Assembly (NCBI GenBank): GCA_965206885.1
Contig: CBDBLJ010000002.1
Coordinates: 18,459 to 82,458, forward strand
From: Amylibacter sp.
GTDB lineage: Bacteria > Pseudomonadota > Alphaproteobacteria > Rhodobacterales > Rhodobacteraceae
DNA: 64,000 nt
Direction: 5' to 3'
Below, piece after piece: positions 59,907 through 64,000 of this stretch. Under the pieces are notes generated by a model. That model was not told where the DNA came from, did no database searches, and worked only from the letters and a program-made list of their open reading frames with translations. Each line of letters begins with the position of its first letter. Position 1 is the first letter of the stretch. Made by a program: the position numbers and the translations under genes.

Positions 59907-60240
59907 ATACACGGATGATTTTAAGCGACGGCTAGTGGCGGAGAGCCAAGGTGATGGCGTGAGTGTTCCGATGGTCTCGCGGCGTCATGATGTGCCACCC
60001 CGCCGGATTTACGCGTGGCGCGGTGATGCGCGGTTCCAGCCGGACGCGTCGGGTGATACCGGCTTCATACCAGTCGAAGTGGCAAACAGTGATACTGATG
60101 TTTCATCTGTGCTGCCAGAAGCGCAGCTTACAACCAGTCCCCAGATTGAGATCACTTTGGAGAATGGGCGCAAGCTGAGCGTGAGCGGTGGGGTTGATGC
60201 GGGCTTTGTGCTGGAATTGGCGCGTGGGCTGGCGGCATGA
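59875..60240 (+). CDS. tnpA: IS66 TnpA (HTH accessory protein)
   Basis: [12 protein letters not shown]...GVSV..VSRRHDV...[19 protein letters not shown]; ATGA overlap with tnpB. Confidence 0.88.
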   Translation: MSKRRAGRGSKYTDDFKRRLVAESQGDGVSVPMVSRRHDVPPRRIYAWRGDARFQPDASGDTGFIPVEVANSDTDVSSVLPEAQLTTSPQIEITLENGRKLSVSGGVDAGFVLELARGLAA

Positions 60241-60584
60241 TCCCGGTACTGGCGGATGCAAAGATCTGGCTGGCGGCGGGGGTGACTGACATGCGGCGCG
60301 GGTTCAACGGTCTGGCCGTTCAGACCGAGCAGGTTCTGGGGGGGGATCCTTACTCCGGCCATCTGTTTTTGTTCCGAGGGCGACGCGGTGATCAGATCAA
60401 GATGATCTGGTGGGATGGTCAGGGCGCGTGCCTGTTTACCAAGCGCCTTGAACGGGGTCGGTTTATCTGGCCCTCTGCTCAGGAAGGTAAGATCAACCTG
60501 AGCCGTGCGCAGCTTGCGATGCTGATGGAAGGTCTGGATTGGCGTATGCCGCTCAAGACATGGCGACCCAAGATGGTAGGTTAG
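60237..60584 (+). CDS. tnpB: IS66 TnpB accessory protein
   Basis: [51 protein letters not shown]. Confidence 0.95.
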   Translation: MIPVLADAKIWLAAGVTDMRRGFNGLAVQTEQVLGGDPYSGHLFLFRGRRGDQIKMIWWDGQGACLFTKRLERGRFIWPSAQEGKINLSRAQLAMLMEGLDWRMPLKTWRPKMVG

Positions 60585-60654
60585 AGGCAATGTTTTATGG
60601 GTATTTCTGACGTTTTGGGATTCCCATGAGGCCCTTGATTTGGTAAGGAGTGGC

Positions 60655-62340
60655 ATGAGTAAGACCCCTCCAAATCTGGCTGATTTGCCCCCTGACGTGC
60701 AGGCGTTTGTGGCCGCACAAGCGGCGGAATTGGCTCGTAAAGACGCGGAGTTGTTGGGGCTGTCGTTGAGCCATGCCACAGCGCAAAAGCGCCTTGAAAA
60801 TGAGATGGAAGCGGCTCTTGCTGCGGAGCGCGCCGCCCATGCGCTTGCCATTATGAGCAGAGATACCCTGATTGCCGATCTGCGCCTGCAATTGCACGGA
60901 CATAAAAAACATCGCTTCGGTTCAAAGTCAGAAAGCAGCACACAGCTGGCGCTGGCGCTGATCCTTGAAGATCTTGAAATCGAACAAGCCGCTGAGACGG
61001 ATGATGAGAATGGGCCCTCTGACGCTGAGACCACAAAGCCGCCGCGTACCCCGCGCAAGCGCAAACCTTTCCCCAAGGGGCTCAAGCGGGTCAAAAAGAC
61101 CATCACGCCCAGTGATGCTTGCACCGACTGTGGTGGCAGCTTCAAAGTGCTCGGGACAGATGTGATGGAAGAACTGGAATATGTGCCCGGCCATTACGTC
61201 GTAAAACAACTTGAGCGCCCACGACTGGCCTGCACCTGTTGTGAGAAGGTGGTTCAGGCCGAGATGCCAAGCCGTCCTATTCCCAAGAGCTTTGTCGGCC
61301 CTGCGTTGATGGCCCACATCTTGTGCTGCAAATACGGCTATCATCTGCCGCTGTATCGACAGAGCCAGATGTTTGAGAATGAAGGCATCGATCTGAGCGG
61401 GTCGCTCATGGCCAACTGGGTCGGCAAATGCACTAAGCTGTTGGAGCGCGTGGCTGATGCCATCCGGGATCACGTTTTTGAGGCGCAAGCGATCTTCATG
61501 GACGACACCACGGTCAAACTGCTCCAAAAGGGCAAGGGACGCGGTAATAACAAGACAAAAACCGCGCGGCTCTGGGTCTATGCCAGAGATGAGAGCGCCT
61601 GGGCGAGCGGCGCACCACCGGCGGTGTGGTATCAGTTCTCCACCAACCGGGGCGCAGAACATCCGAGCAAACATCTCAAGCCCTACAAGGGCTATGCCCA
61701 TGCGGATGCCTATGCTGGGTATAATGACGCCTATCGGACGGGGCGCGTCAAAGAGATGGCCTGCATGGCCCATGTTCGGCGGGATTTTTATAGCCTGTTT
61801 GAAAGTCTGAAGCTGCCCGTGGCGGGCGAAGCCGTTCTGCGCATTCGAAAGCTCTATGATGTTGAGGCACAAGCGCGGGGTCTGGCGCCTGCTGAGCGCG
61901 TGGCCCTGCGTCAGGAATATGCCAAGCCGATCTTTGATGAGTTGGAAATCTGGCTCAAGGAGCAGCTGGGCAAGATCTCCGTTAAGACGCCGCTGGCCAA
62001 GGCGATCAGATATGCGCTCGCGCGCATGCCAAAGGCGCGGCCCTATCTCGACAATGGCTTTCTGGAAATCGACAACAACACAGCCGAGCGTGCGGTGCGC
62101 CCTGTGGCCGTTGGACGTAAGAACTACCTGTTCATGGGATCAGAGGCAGGTGGAAAATCCGCCGCCATAGCCTACACCCTCATCGAAACCGCCAAGATGA
62201 ACAACGTCAATCCCGAAGCCTGGCTCGCATGGGTGCTCGAGCGCATCCAGGATCATCCCGCAAACCGTATGCAAGATCTCCTACCGTGGGCCTATCAGGA
62301 GATGATCGAGGAGCGGGAACAAAGCGTTATAGCGGCATGA
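60655..62340 (+). CDS. tnpC: IS66 TnpC DDE transposase
   Basis: Leucine-zipper-like region, FGSKSE, zinc-finger C..CGG and C..C, KYGYHLPLYRQ, FMDDT, CMAHVRR, IDNN.AERAVR. Confidence 0.95.
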   Translation: MSKTPPNLADLPPDVQAFVAAQAAELARKDAELLGLSLSHATAQKRLENEMEAALAAERAAHALAIMSRDTLIADLRLQLHGHKKHRFGSKSESSTQLALALILEDLEIEQAAETDDENGPSDAETTKPPRTPRKRKPFPKGLKRVKKTITPSDACTDCGGSFKVLGTDVMEELEYVPGHYVVKQLERPRLACTCCEKVVQAEMPSRPIPKSFVGPALMAHILCCKYGYHLPLYRQSQMFENEGIDLSGSLMANWVGKCTKLLERVADAIRDHVFEAQAIFMDDTTVKLLQKGKGRGNNKTKTARLWVYARDESAWASGAPPAVWYQFSTNRGAEHPSKHLKPYKGYAHADAYAGYNDAYRTGRVKEMACMAHVRRDFYSLFESLKLPVAGEAVLRIRKLYDVEAQARGLAPAERVALRQEYAKPIFDELEIWLKEQLGKISVKTPLAKAIRYALARMPKARPYLDNGFLEIDNNTAERAVRPVAVGRKNYLFMGSEAGGKSAAIAYTLIETAKMNNVNPEAWLAWVLERIQDHPANRMQDLLPWAYQEMIEEREQSVIAA

Positions 62341-63170
62341 TCGGCCCCCGTGATTCAGCGGCACTCCCAGAGCAAGGGGATCTGTTTGAAGAGCGCGGGA
62401 ATTGGCAAGGGCCAGATACCTCACAGCACGACTTGGGCGTTGAAAACCTTGAAGGCTTGTCCGACAAAGACCTCGTCGAGAAGACGGCAAAGGCTACACT
62501 GTCCAACGTCGACCTGCTGTGCGCCCAGATTGTGGAACGGGGCTTGGGAGATATAGCCGTTCCGGGTCTCGTCGCGCTTTGGAACCGGTTTAAGGGGTTC
62601 GGAATTGCGACCCCTTTACCAGAACAAAAGCTTGCCTTGGAAACTCTTCGCGCCATTGGGAATGAAGCTGCAAAAAAAGAAATCAGCAAGATCCTTGGCG
62701 CACAGGACTTGCCCGACAGCTTGCTCCCGTTTGTGTTGCAAGCCGCTGTGAGCGTGGGCTTGAAGCTGCCTCAGGCACAAATCTTGCCATGGCTGGAACA
62801 CGGCGCACCAACAGTCCGTGCCCAAGCCTTCATCCTTATACAATCGAACAGCCCACAGCGAAGCACCTTGGAAATCGGGTTCAGCGACCCAGACCCTTCA
62901 GTCCGACGAACCGCTCTGACAGTGGCGGGGAATCTGGGCCATATCAGCGCAAGGGCAGGATTGCTTGCCGAGTTCCGGAAAAATCCAACCAGCCAAAAGA
63001 TCGAAGCGCTTTTAACTGTCGCCGATGACGACATCGTTGTTGAAATCGGAAGATACGCACTGGAAAATCCGCCTCACCGGTGCCTCATCGCAAGTGAACT
63101 TGAGGCTCTGGACACACCCAAAGCCCGAAAGCTGGCCCAACGAATCAACGATCAGATAATGCAGCGTTGA
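62337..63170 (+). CDS. IS66 passenger gene: 277-aa alpha-helical HEAT/PBS-lyase-like protein with N-terminal QGDLF
   Basis: ATG overlaps the tnpC stop (ATGA); HEAT-like units LEHGAPTVRAQAF and FSDPDPSVRRTAL..AGNLG; stops 7 bp before the right repeat arm. Confidence 0.75.
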   Translation: MIGPRDSAALPEQGDLFEERGNWQGPDTSQHDLGVENLEGLSDKDLVEKTAKATLSNVDLLCAQIVERGLGDIAVPGLVALWNRFKGFGIATPLPEQKLALETLRAIGNEAAKKEISKILGAQDLPDSLLPFVLQAAVSVGLKLPQAQILPWLEHGAPTVRAQAFILIQSNSPQRSTLEIGFSDPDPSVRRTALTVAGNLGHISARAGLLAEFRKNPTSQKIEALLTVADDDIVVEIGRYALENPPHRCLIASELEALDTPKARKLAQRINDQIMQR

Positions 63171-63177
63171 TGTTTAC

Positions 63178-63307
63178 TTGGAACCTCGGCCACCCCGTCG
63201 CTTGATCATCAGAAAAATCCTCATATCACGCCAGCCACATCGCCAGCCTCGCGCAATAATCGCAGCTCAAGTCAGACCAAAATAGAGGGGGTTCCCTTGA
63301 TGCTTAC
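63178..63307 (-). repeat. Right arm of the 130-bp inverted repeat; a diverged IS66 left end with a tnpA stub
   Basis: The minus strand reads ATG ATC AAG CGA CGG GGT GGC CGA GGT TCC AAG TAA (MIKRRGGRGSK*), versus [12 protein letters not shown] in the real tnpA. Confidence 0.85.
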
Positions 63308-63347
63308 TACGAATGCTCCATTGGTCCCCTGGTTTGGTCATAAATTT

Positions 63348-64000
63348 GGCACTTCTCCGCTTTGTTGAGTAGATTTAGGATTTTAAATAGAGCATAGATT
63401 GATTATCTGGAATGGATGATTGTCTAATTTTGAGTTTGAAGTATTCGGTATCCTTGATGCCTCTGGCTCGCTTACGGATCATTCCTATACTGACATTACC
63501 AGCCTCTATCCTGGCGCTTGTGAGCTTGTGTTTGGCGTAGTTGCAGATGCCCACACAATGTTTCCGTAGGGATTTCGCGAACTTTTTTAGATAGAGCATC
63601 TGTGACTGATCTGCTATCAGGCACCAACGTTCCAGTTGCTCCGCCATCGCCTCAAATGAAGCGGCACTCCACAGCAGCTGAAGCTGTTCTTTCAAGACGT
63701 AAAGTGCATTCAGGTTGCTATTGCTCTCCAGCAACCTTTGCAGCTTGTCACTTTGTTTTTCACTCAACTTATCCGCATTTTTGAGCAACAGATAATGCGT
63801 CCCTTTCATCAACTCTTTACCACTTGGATCGGCCTTTCTGAACTCAAGTCGACGCTGATTATGGATAGCTTTGCTGTAGTTTTTCATGACGTGGAAACGG
63901 TCAAATACTATGTCGGCCAACGGCAAGGACTCTCTGACAGCCTTTTGGTAGGCAGGCCCCATATCCATCGCTACGGCCTTTATTTTGCAGGCTGTATCTG
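63348..64000 (-). mobile_element. ISL3-family insertion sequence, copy 2 (partial, runs off the window)
   Basis: Starts with the same IR as copy 1; transposase 3' part 63375..64000; one synonymous difference noticed (2914 C versus 63384 T). Predicted TSD ATAAATTT. Confidence 0.93.

Larger units (their letters stand above)
59777..63307 (+). mobile_element. IS66-family element, 3531 bp, with a passenger gene and ~130-bp terminal inverted repeats
   Basis: GTAAGC termini; 8-bp TSD TACGAATG at 59769..59776 and 63308..63315; tnpA-tnpB-tnpC plus a fourth ORF. Confidence 0.93.
59563..63347 (-). pseudogene. 3' end of an MscS-family mechanosensitive channel gene interrupted by IS66 and then by ISL3
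   Basis: Joining 63308..63347 with 59563..59768 reads KFMTKPGDQWSIRKRVFQEIRDLFAREGIKFAHREVTVR, an MscS C-terminal pattern. Confidence 0.75.

Noticed and set aside
60009-61872. Long minus-strand ORFs (378 aa and 314 aa) inside IS66
   Set aside because: They are antisense shadows of tnpA/B/C in GC-rich DNA, with no motifs or plausible RBS.
62229-62336. 313-aa version of the passenger ORF
   Set aside because: The extension overlaps tnpC out of frame; the ATGA-coupled start at 62337 is more plausible.
1-64000. CRISPR arrays, tRNA/rRNA, prophage, restriction or toxin-antitoxin loci
   Set aside because: No regularly spaced repeats, RNA gene signatures or such protein motifs were seen by eye; small ncRNAs cannot be excluded without Infernal.
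1-64000. The many 60-150 aa ORFs overlapping annotated genes
   Set aside because: They lie antisense or out of frame to well-supported CDSs and show no family motifs.

Overview
Gene content and sequence style suggest a low-GC marine Alphaproteobacterium (Rhodobacterales/Roseobacter-like; inferred, not proven). The window is a catabolic and transport region broken up by 10 insertion sequences (ISL3 x2, IS5 x2, IS630, ISAs1 x2, IS200 x2, IS66; about 12.2 kb, ~19% of the window). Left to right: (1) partial Fe-alcohol dehydrogenase and a tesA-ybbA-ybbP cluster with ybbP split by ISL3; (2) LysR, a PhnZ/TmpB-like HD-domain protein and a Rieske oxygenase split by IS5; (3) a tightly coupled minus-strand operon ridA - alpha/beta hydrolase - CoA-transferase::flavin-reductase fusion - mct - meh - mcd - AA_synth protein - citE-like lyase, which covers a full methylsuccinate/mesaconate route to pyruvate + acetyl-CoA; (4) a gamma-butyrobetaine/carnitine cluster (ligase, acyl-CoA dehydrogenase, caiD, lcdH, cdhC, CdhR-like regulator, an ISAs1-split binding protein) apparently co-transcribed with a TgnB/TgnC-like flavin monooxygenase and aldehyde dehydrogenase; (5) a sulfolactate module (slcD, tctABC, comDE, LysR) damaged three separate ways; (6) sco and GAF-regulator remnants, tetR-iorAB, dctBD-dctPQM and a family-5 ABC transporter; (7) an mscS gene hit by two IS elements. 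The best candidates for new biology are an N-heterocycle (pyridinium betaine) ring-cleavage set linked to C5-dicarboxylate CoA chemistry through a fusion protein, and a 3.5 kb IS66 with two left ends that carries a HEAT-like passenger gene with a putative beta-clamp motif. No rRNA, tRNA or CRISPR array was seen. Family assignments come from motif recognition and recalled sequences, not from database searches.
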